From an uncultured Campylobacterales bacterium (GTDB lineage: Bacteria; Campylobacterota; Campylobacteria; Campylobacterales; Sulfurimonadaceae): a stretch of DNA of 64,000 bases. The DNA lies in assembly GCA_903885085.1 (NCBI GenBank), contig CAISHH010000154.1, forward strand, positions 1,694-65,693, written 5' to 3'. Positions 53,362-63,596 of this stretch are shown here, one piece after another; positions within the stretch are counted from its first letter, which is position 1, and the number at the start of each line of letters is the position of its first letter. The notes beneath the pieces are model-generated. The model saw nothing but the letters and a program-made list of their open reading frames with translations, ran no database searches and was not told where the DNA came from. Both the position numbers and the translations under genes were made by a program.

Positions 53362-54392
53362 AATATACCTATCCATAAAATCATGCTGCTGGCAATCGAG
53401 ATAATTCCACCGTTTTCTTCTGCATGTAAGAGTGATTTGGGATTAATATTCAAACTGCTAAAAAGATAATCAAGACTGAGTCCAAAGATCACGCTTCCAA
53501 AAACTATGCTACTGAGATAAATGATCATTGAGCGTTTTCCTAACATCTTTTTTACCACGCCAATCGTCACAGTATTTGTAGCTGGACCCGCACTTAAAAA
53601 CACAAATGCCGCTCCCGCACTTACACCTGAGAGCATCAGCGCCGCAGCAATCGGCAGTGACGCCGTAGCACAAACATACATAGGTACTGCAATAGCAATA
53701 GCAATGATATATGAAAGCCAAGAGTATTCAATCAAAATATCACTCAAATTTTGAGGGATAAAAGAGCTTATTAACGCTCCAATGACCAAACCCCAAAACA
53801 GAGGTTTTGCTATATCTCCAAGAAGAGTCACAAAAGCATATTTTATTGCCCTCTTCATAGAAAATTTTGTTTTTTCACTTGATGAACTACAACAAGAAGA
53901 TGTTGAACAGCAACTTGCCGTCGCGGAGTTGTCTGATGAGAGAGAAAATTTAGGCTTAACAATTTCTTCTTCTTTATCAAAAATATTTGTAAGGATACCC
54001 GCTATCACAGCTATGACCATAGAAGTAAAAACTCTATAAAAAGTAAATATCCATCCAAACATTCCGTAAGTTGCAAGTATGGAATCAACTCCTGTTATCG
54101 GTGTTGAGATCAAAAATGAAAGAGTGGCTCCGCGACTTGCACCGCTTTTTTTGATGCTTGTTGCAAGTGGAATGACACCACATGAGCACACCGGCAAAGG
54201 AACTCCAAAAAGTGTTGCTTTGAGTACAGAAGAGATACTCTCCTTGCCTAAGTGTTTTGTAACTAAACTCTCAGGAACCACCTCATGTAAGACTCCGGCA
54301 AATAAAAGTCCAAATAAAATATAGGGTGCCATTGCATTGCTAAGACTCATCAGGGAGTCTAAAAATATTGATATATATATTCCATCGTGCAT
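53319..54392 (-). CDS. SO_0444-family metal (Cu/Zn) efflux permease
   Basis: PLPVCSCGVIP, TPITGVDS, Cys-rich linker, PMYVCATAS.P, GPATN; start uncertain (see findings). Confidence 0.85.
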   Translation of the reverse strand: MHDGIYISIFLDSLMSLSNAMAPYILFGLLFAGVLHEVVPESLVTKHLGKESISSVLKATLFGVPLPVCSCGVIPLATSIKKSGASRGATLSFLISTPITGVDSILATYGMFGWIFTFYRVFTSMVIAVIAGILTNIFDKEEEIVKPKFSLSSDNSATASCCSTSSCCSSSSEKTKFSMKRAIKYAFVTLLGDIAKPLFWGLVIGALISSFIPQNLSDILIEYSWLSYIIAIAIAVPMYVCATASLPIAAALMLSGVSAGAAFVFLSAGPATNTVTIGVVKKMLGKRSMIIYLSSIVFGSVIFGLSLDYLFSSLNINPKSLLHAEENGGIISIASSMILWIGIFYFMSVSSFKRAKA

Positions 54393-54518
54393 ACCTTTTT
54401 ATAATTCTGGGATTGTATTCCTTTGTACTTCAAAAGAGATAAATAAAAAAATATAAATTTTACTAAAAGTTTCTATGACCGATGTTATTTGCATAAAAGT
54501 AACTGAAAAAGGATTATC

Positions 54519-55061
54519 ATGCAAGTCAATACAAATATAAATAAAACAGATCTTTATACAAAATATGAAGAGGTAAAAATTCAAAAGAAAGAAGAGGTAA
54601 AAAGCAGTTATAGTGATCTCAGATCACAGCTTCAAAAAAATTCTATGGGATTTAGTAGCCTTTCAATGGATGCTCAGGCAAAAGTTTCTGGCAGTGCTAA
54701 GGGACAAATGGATCTAAATCAAAAAGATTTTCAAAGTTTTCTAAAAGATATAGGCTATAACGGCAAAAATATCGCAGATCTCTCACAAAGTGAAGCGAAG
54801 AAACTTGTAGCTGATGATGGTTTTTTTGGCGTTACGAAGACTGCACAAAGAATAGCTGATTTTGTCATCAACGGTGCTGGAGATAATGAGGGGATGCTTC
54901 GTGCTGGACGATCTGGAATCATGCAGGGTTTTAATGATGCACAAAAAGCTTGGGGTGACAAACTTCCCGATATCAGCCAACAAACAATTACAAAAGCGAC
55001 AGACCTCATCAACCAAAAGATGACTGATCTTGGATATTCTGTCTTGGACACGAATGCTTAA
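54519..55061 (+). CDS. Hypothetical protein (DUF5610-like), possibly sigma28-dependent
   Basis: DGFFGV..TAQRIADFV, GF..A.KAWG.KLP.IS; upstream TAAA..CCGAT. Confidence 0.7.
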   Translation: MQVNTNINKTDLYTKYEEVKIQKKEEVKSSYSDLRSQLQKNSMGFSSLSMDAQAKVSGSAKGQMDLNQKDFQSFLKDIGYNGKNIADLSQSEAKKLVADDGFFGVTKTAQRIADFVINGAGDNEGMLRAGRSGIMQGFNDAQKAWGDKLPDISQQTITKATDLINQKMTDLGYSVLDTNA

Positions 55062-55140
55062 TTTATAAGCAATTCTCTGTTTCATATATACTCTTTCATC
55101 GATATACTTTCGCTATAAGTAGTTATAGCAAGGAAAAAAG

Positions 55141-56019
55141 ATGAAAGAATATATCGAAATATATAACAAAAACAGAGAGAAAATTGAGACTATTATAGAA
55201 AATAGTATTGAAGGTCTCGGTAAGATCAACAATGAAGCACATAACTTTTATAAAAAACTTTTTGTCACTTTTCCCTCACTTGAAATCATATATATTGTCG
55301 ATGCAACAACAAAGGTTCAAACATCTGCAAATATCTACAGTCAATATAACGACGACTCTGAGAGACAAAAAAGCAGAAGTTACCTCATCAATAAACTTCA
55401 AATCAAAGAAAACAACTTTGCATTTACAAACCCTTACCAAAGTTCAACAACAGGAACTCTTTGCATCACTGTTTCAAAAAAAGAGGGAAATGAGATTATC
55501 TTTATGGATTTTGCTTTAGAGAAGTTGCTTGAACGTGTCGGGCTTATCGAAAAACATGTTTACTTTAGCAAGATAATCAAATCCTTCTATTTTATAGCTG
55601 GTTTTTTTATGATGTTACTTTCTATGGCAGCAATCATTTATGGTGGATATGATTTTATAAGTACCATTACTCAAAATAGTTTGAACATTGATGCTATATT
55701 TAAACCTGTTATCGCAACGACTCTTGGTCTTGCTATCTTTGACTTAGCAAAAACAGTGCTTGAACAGGAAGTATTCTTTAAAAGTTATTCAAAAGATTCA
55801 CGTATCGAGATAAAGATACTCACAAAATTTCTTATCACTATTTTGATAGCGCTTTCTATTGAGACACTGATGGTCGTATTTAAAATAGCAATAGAAAACT
55901 ATGACAAGATGATCAATGCACTGTATCTTATGGGTGGGATCTCATTTATCATCATCTCTCTTGCTCTTCTTATTTTCTTAACAAAAGAGAAGAAAGAGAT
56001 TACTACTGTTAATGACTAA
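55141..56019 (+). CDS. PglG-like PDC/Cache sensor plus 4-TM protein
   Basis: TNPYQS..TG.LCIT, LAIFDL.KT..EQEV, IALSIE.LM.VFK. Confidence 0.75.
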   Translation: MKEYIEIYNKNREKIETIIENSIEGLGKINNEAHNFYKKLFVTFPSLEIIYIVDATTKVQTSANIYSQYNDDSERQKSRSYLINKLQIKENNFAFTNPYQSSTTGTLCITVSKKEGNEIIFMDFALEKLLERVGLIEKHVYFSKIIKSFYFIAGFFMMLLSMAAIIYGGYDFISTITQNSLNIDAIFKPVIATTLGLAIFDLAKTVLEQEVFFKSYSKDSRIEIKILTKFLITILIALSIETLMVVFKIAIENYDKMINALYLMGGISFIIISLALLIFLTKEKKEITTVND

Positions 56020-56329
56020 CTAATTTTAATCCCACAATAGAGCCTATGAGAGTACAAAGAAAAAATATTCTCATAGCACTAGCAGGTTCGTCATATATTA
56101 TTATCCCAACAATAGCGGCTCCCGTTGCGCCAATACCCGTCCAAACTGCATAAGCTGTCCCAACTGGAATATGCTCAATCGCTTTTGTCAGCATGTAAAA
56201 ACTACTTACCGCAAATATTAAAAAGGCGATTGTCGGTATTAACTTCGTAAAGTTTTCTGTTAACTTCATGGTTGATGCAAAGCCAATCTCTAAAATGCCT
56301 GCAAATATCAAATATGTCCATTCTGACAT
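56009..56329 (-). CDS. SMR/DMT efflux transporter (SugE/Gdx-like)
   Basis: W..L..AG..EI, IPVGTAYAVWTGIG, GLKL. Confidence 0.92.
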   Translation of the reverse strand: MSEWTYLIFAGILEIGFASTMKLTENFTKLIPTIAFLIFAVSSFYMLTKAIEHIPVGTAYAVWTGIGATGAAIVGIIIYDEPASAMRIFFLCTLIGSIVGLKLVSH

Positions 56330-56408
56330 CGTATCTCCTGGAAATAGCTTTTTAAAAATAGAACATAAAGTGAAAAAGTATGGTTTGGAAAAATTTTAAA
56401 GGAGGTTT

Positions 56409-56433
56409 GAAACTCCTGAAGATAAGGAGTTTC
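56409..56433 (-). terminator. Hairpin downstream of groEL
   Basis: GAAACTCCT-GAAGATA-AGGAGTTTC perfect 9-bp stem. Confidence 0.65.
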
Positions 56434-56451
56434 GGAGGATGACTAAGATGA

Positions 56452-58077
<1,626 letters not shown>

Positions 58078-58209
58078 AAATTTATTCCTTAATTTTATTT
58101 TGTAAAATGAAGAGAATCCTTCATTTATTTATTACGGTCAAGGAATAAAATCCCTTAACTTGCGTTAACACTAGGTTTCCTTCAGCAGGAAGATCAATAG
58201 GTCAATCTT

Positions 58210-58470
58210 TTATTTCACGATTCCAAAAACGTCATCAACGTCAATCACGATATACTTAGTGCCACCAAAAGACAACTCATTTCCACTATATTTTCCAAAT
58301 ACGACAGTATCTCCATTTGTGATACTTTTCACTTCTTCACTAACTGCAACTACTTTGCCTTGAGACGGCTTTTCTTTCGCATTATCTGGGATTATTATAC
58401 CAGTAGATGTAGTGCTAGCCTCTTCCATACGCTCAACTAAAATACGGTTTCCTAGTGGTTGAAAATTCAT
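58210..58470 (-). CDS. groES: Co-chaperonin GroES
   Basis: [19 protein letters not shown]. Confidence 0.98.
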   Translation of the reverse strand: MNFQPLGNRILVERMEEASTTSTGIIIPDNAKEKPSQGKVVAVSEEVKSITNGDTVVFGKYSGNELSFGGTKYIVIDVDDVFGIVK

Positions 58471-58497
58471 ATATTTTCTCCTAAATAATTTTAAGAG

Positions 58498-58549
58498 ATT
58501 TTACAAGATTTAAGTAACAATGTCAACGAATTGAGTCAAATAGACTAAG
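58498..58549 (-). promoter_or_regulatory. groES sigma70 promoter with adjacent HspR (HAIR) operator
   Basis: Minus strand TTGACA(58526-21)-17 nt-TAAAAT(58503-498); TTGAGT-N7-ACTAAG at 58531-58549 versus HAIR CTTGAGT-N7-ACTCAAG. Confidence 0.8.
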
Positions 58550-58685
58550 AGATATTTATTGTTTATGACTATAGTTTATAAATTATTCAAATAAAAACGT
58601 ACTTGAAAAGAAATTTAATGAAGAAAAAAACTCATTTTAAGAATTATAAAGGTTTACTAATATATAATTCTGCCTCTAAAAAGAT

Positions 58686-58762
58686 GTCAAGGTAGCTCAG
58701 CTGGTTAGAGCACTGGTCTCATAAGCCGGGGGTCGCGGGTTCAAGTCCCGCTCTTGACACCA
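58686..58762 (+). tRNA. tRNA-Met (CAT), probably elongator; integration site
   Basis: GTCAAGG/TCTTGAC acceptor stem, D arm AGCTCAG, anticodon loop CTCATAA, T loop TTCAAGT, encoded CCA; TATAAT upstream. Confidence 0.95.
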
Positions 58763-58810
58763 CCAACAAACTCCCTATTTTACGCAACAAAATCAACTTT
58801 TAGCTTAAAC

Positions 58811-60022
58811 CTAAACAGTCATGTTTTTTGAAGTGTCACCGAAAGTGTCACCAAACAAGTTTATATTTTTATCTGCACTCAAAGCTTTATTGCTTATATA
58901 TCTCGCATAATGTTTGATCAACATCTGCAATGAACCATGTCCTAACATATTTGCAATTTCTTGCATCGTGAACTTTTTTGACTCAAGAGCTGCGACTGCA
59001 AATGTATGGCGACAGTTTTTTAGATCGCGGCGTTCAAGCTTACAATCACGTAGCAACCTATACCACTTAGTGTTGTTTTTAATTTTTTTGCTATCTTTGA
59101 TAATTTCACTTTCTCCACGAATGTCTTCGATATCATTCAAATGAACTCCATCTATTGAACTAAATAACCAAATAGACTTTTTTTTCTTCGCTTGGTCCAA
59201 CAAATCCTCAATATAAGGCAATGTAGAATTAAAAATTGGTATCACTCTATCCCGGTAGACCGTCTTGGTCTCTTTTATTTTGCCTTTTGTGATGTTGCGC
59301 TTGATACTGATAGTTTGATTTACTAAGTCAACATCGCCAGATTGAAGACCTAAAATCTCGCTCGGGCTCATCCCTTGATTGAATGCTACCCCAAGGTATA
59401 CGTGCAATAAATTACCATATTTTTCAGTGTCTTGGCTGTTTTGAAACAAAATACCGACTTCATCTTTTGTAAAAGGCCTGACAGTATTTATATCTCGTTG
59501 ATTTTTACCATCAATTTTAATTTCATCGGCAATATTTGTACCTATCAAATTATCGTCTGCCGCCAGCTCAAAAATACCGCGAAATATACGCAGATACTTG
59601 AGCTTAGTATTTTTAGACAGTTCCTTATCTGTTGAAGAATTACGCAAATTATTTATAAATTGCTTGATTTCAAGTTTTGTAATTTTGCGAATATCGATTT
59701 TATTAAACTCGACTAAAATGCGTTTTGTACGATAGTTCACATTTGAATAATCATGAAATTGCTCATAATTTTTTAGAAAAATATTTGCATAAAAACCAAA
59801 TTCAAAATTTTTAACCTGTTGAACTTTGAGCTTATCTTTCTTCCGCGCGATCCATGCGGGTAGGAATACCTGTTGCATGAATTGTAACTCTTTTTCCGTT
59901 TTTAAGATTTTTGTACTCTCTTCGCCATTTTTAACATTACCATTTTGAAATAACACCTGGTACTTAATGTACCAGAATTTACGATTGCCTCTTGCCAAAA
60001 TAGAAGCTTTTAGATCTTGCAC
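58811..60022 (-). CDS. Tyrosine recombinase/integrase
   Basis: SAM-like domain, TKT, RHTFA, LGH, HYARY; likely GTG start at 60022 after SD AAGGAG, since TATAAT sits directly before ATG 60070. Confidence 0.92.
   Translation of the reverse strand: MQDLKASILARGNRKFWYIKYQVLFQNGNVKNGEESTKILKTEKELQFMQQVFLPAWIARKKDKLKVQQVKNFEFGFYANIFLKNYEQFHDYSNVNYRTKRILVEFNKIDIRKITKLEIKQFINNLRNSSTDKELSKNTKLKYLRIFRGIFELAADDNLIGTNIADEIKIDGKNQRDINTVRPFTKDEVGILFQNSQDTEKYGNLLHVYLGVAFNQGMSPSEILGLQSGDVDLVNQTISIKRNITKGKIKETKTVYRDRVIPIFNSTLPYIEDLLDQAKKKKSIWLFSSIDGVHLNDIEDIRGESEIIKDSKKIKNNTKWYRLLRDCKLERRDLKNCRHTFAVAALESKKFTMQEIANMLGHGSLQMLIKHYARYISNKALSADKNINLFGDTFGDTSKNMTV
58831..58852. repeat. Direct repeat AAGTGTCACC x2, probable integrase arm-binding sites
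   Basis: 58831-58840 and 58843-58852, about 70 bp inside the tRNA end. Confidence 0.6.
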
Positions 60023-60161
60023 GTTTTCTCCTTTTTTAAGAAAGGAAGTGCCACTTACAATTAACGACATGATTATACCTACCTAGTTTAAATTTTTTTA
60101 TTGAATATATTTTTATTTCATCTTTATCTATACGCAAATTTACAATATGCTATAATTACGC

Positions 60162-60395
60162 ATGAGTAAATTAGATGAATTAAAAGGTGAAGTTGATTGG
60201 TTGGGCCGATGGCTCAATGTATCAATAATCACTGATTTTGCATTAATCGGGTGGACTGCACTAAACTACGATACACAAAAAGATATACTTGTGTACTCAG
60301 CAATAGGTGCGATCTTTGGATTATCAATTGCTGTTTTAATGATTAACAAATCAGCAATGAAAAAAATTCGAGCAATGAAGGAAATAAAAAAATGA
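60162..60395 (+). CDS. Small 2-TM membrane protein (moron-like)
   Basis: 77 aa; extended -10 TGCTATAAT ends 5 nt before the ATG. Confidence 0.8.
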   Translation: MSKLDELKGEVDWLGRWLNVSIITDFALIGWTALNYDTQKDILVYSAIGAIFGLSIAVLMINKSAMKKIRAMKEIKK

Positions 60396-60484
60396 AAGAA
60401 GCCCTCTTGATAAGTGCGTTTGTTTTCACAATAGGTGTAATGATTTACAGCAGTTGGAAAGCTACACATATTTCGGACTCTTAA
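60392..60484 (+). CDS. 30-aa single-TM peptide MKEALLISAFVFTIGVMIYSSWKATHISDS
   Basis: ATGA overlap with the upstream gene, AAGG upstream; below the ORF-track cutoff. Confidence 0.6.
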   Translation: MKEALLISAFVFTIGVMIYSSWKATHISDS

Positions 60485-60504
60485 TAATATCAACATTGTA
60501 TAAC

Positions 60505-60741
60505 CTACCTACGGTTTAAGAGACTGTTGAGCTCATCATTTTGCACCACTGCACGATTGCCTCGGATCCATTCCTCGACTTTTTGCACGTCCCAAAAAAC
60601 CACTTTTTTTGTTTTGCTCGACTTTATCGGCACAAAAAAGTGTATATCTTCAAAAAAATCGACTCCGATTCGATTTTTGAAGTAATCGACAGAGACGTCA
60701 AAAATCGTTGGCAAGTTGTGTTGTTGGACATATTTTTTCAT
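60505..60741 (-). CDS. Excisionase/AlpA-like DNA-binding protein
   Basis: 78 aa, IFDVSVDYF..HF..P....V.WD..KVEEWI pattern; next to the integrase. Confidence 0.65.
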   Translation of the reverse strand: MKKYVQQHNLPTIFDVSVDYFKNRIGVDFFEDIHFFVPIKSSKTKKVVFWDVQKVEEWIRGNRAVVQNDELNSLLNRR

Positions 60742-60742
60742 T

Positions 60743-61393
60743 TTAAGCCCCTATTTTTTGGGGTTTTAAAAGCCCTATTACGCTTTGATTGAACTCTTCA
60801 ATCTTTTCATTTTCGATTATTTTTTGAGGACTTAAAAGCAAATATTTTTGTGTAATTGAATTTTTTATGACATTTTCAATTTTATCAATTACATCTTTTT
60901 TGCTCAAATAATAAGAAATATCCATCAAAAATTGACCCGCACCAAGAGATTTTAAAACATAAAGCTCTTGCGCGGTGAATACTTTTTCGCCTTTTATATT
61001 TTTCAAATTTTCAAATTTTTGTCCACAAAAAAAGTCATGATCGCTTGGATTTAAGCCACGATTAAGGCGCACGTATTCAAACATTTGACAGCTTTGCGCA
61101 TAAAACTTGGTGTACATTTGCTCTGCAATTAATCGCGTTTTTGAAAAAAGCTCTTCTTTTTTTTCATTTTGTAATTTTTGAACCGCTATTGTGAGGGCCT
61201 TTAAGCCGTTGCCATAAGCCTCGACTTGGATAGCGCATTGAAAAAGAGCAGAAAGTTCTTGATTTTTAAAATTTTGCACTTGAGCCTCAATTGCACCAAG
61301 TGCAAAGATGTTTGGCTCAATTTTTAAAGCTGATACGATAGCTTTTACAAACTCGTTTTTTGGATCAATATTATTTTGGCCGACACTAAACAT
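60743..61393 (-). CDS. Phage hypothetical protein downstream of the initiator
   Basis: 216-aa ORF translationally coupled to neighbours, in the position of a helicase loader. Confidence 0.7.
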   Translation of the reverse strand: MFSVGQNNIDPKNEFVKAIVSALKIEPNIFALGAIEAQVQNFKNQELSALFQCAIQVEAYGNGLKALTIAVQKLQNEKKEELFSKTRLIAEQMYTKFYAQSCQMFEYVRLNRGLNPSDHDFFCGQKFENLKNIKGEKVFTAQELYVLKSLGAGQFLMDISYYLSKKDVIDKIENVIKNSITQKYLLLSPQKIIENEKIEEFNQSVIGLLKPQKIGA

Positions 61394-62219
61394 TGCTGGC
61401 CCCCATCGCTGTTAAAACTTGTGTTGCGGTGTAACCAGAACAGTATAAATTATTTACTGCATTGACACCTTTTGCTTTTTGTGCACCGCTCGATTTTGCT
61501 TGTATAAACATAGTGTCAAAATTTTTGCGCAGTTTTGCACCGCTTAAAACGATTTGTTGCCAAAATGCTCCAGCTGGAGAGTAGATCCACTCGATACATT
61601 GCTCAAGCTCGCCGGCTGTACGGCCGTCAACCCTGATGGCTAGGTCAATATCTTTAACCCAAATTTTTAGGTTTGGTTGCTTGAATGATGGGTTGATTGT
61701 TTTTATTTTTTCAAGCAAATATTTCGAAATTTGCGAAGATGAGAGAGAAAAAGAGACATCTTTTTCTTTTTCTTTTTCTTTTTGATCATTTGTAACACTT
61801 ATAAGATTGGTATTATTATATGTCGGATTTTTTTCCGCGTTTTTTTCGGATTTTTTTCCGTTTTTTGTCGGATTTTTTTCCGTTTTTTCATCTAAGTCGG
61901 ATTTTTTTATGACATAGTAGCTTTTGCCCAGCTGCGTCAATCGCACGCAGTCTTTTTTACCAACTTTTAAATAATGAATTAAGCCTAATTTAAGCAAAGC
62001 TTTTAAATGCCTGTAAACACTGTCCGGCTTTAAGTCAAGCAGTGGCAACTCTTTTGCTATTTTCGTCCTGGAGACCCAATAGTACACCTTTCCATCCACT
62101 ATTTCGGCATCTGCCCACGTCGGCGACCCATTAATTAGATCGAGTATAATAGCTTGAGTAACACTCTGCAGGCCTAGTTCAATTGCCTGCTTTTGATTGA
62201 TGGATATAGTATATCTCAT
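61386..62219 (-). CDS. Phage replication initiator (N-terminal winged HTH, lambda O-like layout)
   Basis: YYWVSRTKIAKELP..KPDSVYR.LK.L...G; C-terminal W..DI....R.DGR..FW...VLS..KLR..FD; internal iterons. Confidence 0.8.
   Translation of the reverse strand: MRYTISINQKQAIELGLQSVTQAIILDLINGSPTWADAEIVDGKVYYWVSRTKIAKELPLLDLKPDSVYRHLKALLKLGLIHYLKVGKKDCVRLTQLGKSYYVIKKSDLDEKTEKNPTKNGKKSEKNAEKNPTYNNTNLISVTNDQKEKEKEKDVSFSLSSSQISKYLLEKIKTINPSFKQPNLKIWVKDIDLAIRVDGRTAGELEQCIEWIYSPAGAFWQQIVLSGAKLRKNFDTMFIQAKSSGAQKAKGVNAVNNLYCSGYTATQVLTAMGASNV
61823..61908. repeat. Replication origin iterons TCGGATTTTTTTCCG x3 plus one partial copy
   Basis: Copies at 61823, 61846, 61868 and partial at 61897; adjacent AT-rich tract at about 61760-61820. 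Confidence 0.85.
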
Positions 62220-62551
62220 TATTCCATCTCCATCACGAGTTGTTTACTCGTGCGTGGCGCAGGTTTTCTGCGCTGCTTACCGAACTTTCGACGTTCGACA
62301 GTTGATCGACTCATAATCAGGACTTCTACCATCTTTATCTCGAGTTCTTTAACCTCTTCGATTTCAACCTCGTGGTCAATCTCGTAAAACTTATCCAGCA
62401 CCTCGACTAAAGCGTTCACCTCGCGATGATCCACGAGAGCTATAACTGTGTGACGATCGAACCCACAGAACACGTAGATAAACGAATCCACATCATCATT
62501 GCTAAAATCGCTTGACTGGGCTATATACGTGCTATAAGTATTTGTTTTCAT
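62219..62551 (-). CDS. Phage hypothetical protein
   Basis: Likely start ATG 62551 after SD AAGGA; acidic middle, basic tail. Confidence 0.65.
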   Translation of the reverse strand: MKTNTYSTYIAQSSDFSNDDVDSFIYVFCGFDRHTVIALVDHREVNALVEVLDKFYEIDHEVEIEEVKELEIKMVEVLIMSRSTVERRKFGKQRRKPAPRTSKQLVMEME

Positions 62552-62907
62552 TTTTTGAAAATTCCTTTTTTTAAAGCACCTGAACTTTGGTCGGCTGGGG
62601 CGCTTTTTTTGAGAAATAAACAAATCTCTCTTTATTTCTCTGTCTATAATATGTTTTTACATGCAATTTTCTGCAAGAGAATGCTGTTTTTTTTTTGCAA
62701 TTTGTTTTAAAATATAATTTTCGTAATATTTGCTCAGGATTTTCATGTTTTTTTCACCTGAGCTTTTTGATTTATTTTTACAATTTGTTCAGGATAAGGA
62801 TGTATTTTCTATCGCAGGCTTTATCCTATATATTAGCCGCACCACCAACGCCATTGACTTAAGAGAATAGAAGTTGCCTTTGTAAAGAAAAAATGGAAGT
62901 AAAAAGA

Positions 62908-63541
62908 ATGAAAGATATAAAAAAAGACCGATGTTCTTGAGGGTCTTATAGTGTCATAAAGAAAAAATAACAGATTTTACAAGAGATAGAAAGCTTGGAT
63001 TTATAACGACCATCAACATAATGCTGAAAAAAAGTAGTAAATCATTACAGAATACACTCAATGATGCGAAAGCAAAACTGATAATTTTTTCACAAAAAAC
63101 TTATGAAAGTGTCACTGCAAGCGCTTATACAAGAGTGAGATCAAAATTAAATTATACGGCATTTATTGAGTTATACAGAGTTGTTTGAGAACAATTTTAT
63201 GAGGATGGAGAGTATCATCGATATAAAGGATTTAGACTTTTAGCAATCGATGGCTCTAACATCATATTACCAAATAGTGAGAACATCAAAAAAAGATTCA
63301 CCTCGACTATAGCAAAAAATCAGATAGCTGAATTTTCTAAAGAAGTCGTGCAGGCTTGTGCATCCGTACTCTATGACTTGCTCAATAATATTGTGATAGA
63401 TGCTGTATTAGAAGATAAAGCTTATGGAGAAAGAGTATTAGCAACTTCTCATTTGCAATATACTCAAAAAAATGATCTTATCATTTTTGACAGAGGGTAT
63501 CCATCGATTGAACTTTTTGCACATCTTATGAAAAGTGATAC
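62908..63541 (+). pseudogene. IS4-family transposase pseudogene
   Basis: DFTRDRKL, VTASAY..VRSKL, GFRLLAIDGS..LP, YDLLN, FDRGYPS; in-frame TGA at 63186-88, broken 5' end, truncated at 63541. Confidence 0.88.
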
Positions 63542-63596
63542 TGGAATGACCCCTATAAAGTAGACAGATTTTTAATCAGTTAATTTGATAAAATAG
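63542..63596 (+). mobile_element. IS3-family-like terminal inverted repeat remnant
   Basis: TGGAATGACCCCTATAAAGTAGACA begins exactly where IS4 homology stops; resembles IS3/IS150-type ends; no orfA follows. Confidence 0.55.

Larger units (their letters stand above)
58763..62810. mobile_element. tRNA-Met-integrated prophage/satellite-like element (left part, probably cryptic)
   Basis: Integrase convergent on the tRNA 3' end, Xis-like gene, replication initiator with iterons; attR not in the window. Confidence 0.8.

Noticed and set aside
56330..56451. Guanidine riboswitch upstream of the SugE-like gene
   Set aside because: No paired ACGR-loop hairpins or ykkC features; only the groEL hairpin is present
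58686..58762. Initiator tRNA-fMet
   Set aside because: Has a paired G1-C72 and lacks three consecutive G-C pairs in the anticodon stem; tRNA-Ile2 is not fully excluded
61823..61908. Mini CRISPR array
   Set aside because: 15-bp repeats with 7-14-bp spacers inside an ORF and no cas genes; fits iterons
63186..63188. Selenocysteine or readthrough TGA
   Set aside because: Lies in an otherwise decayed transposase; a simple nonsense mutation is more likely
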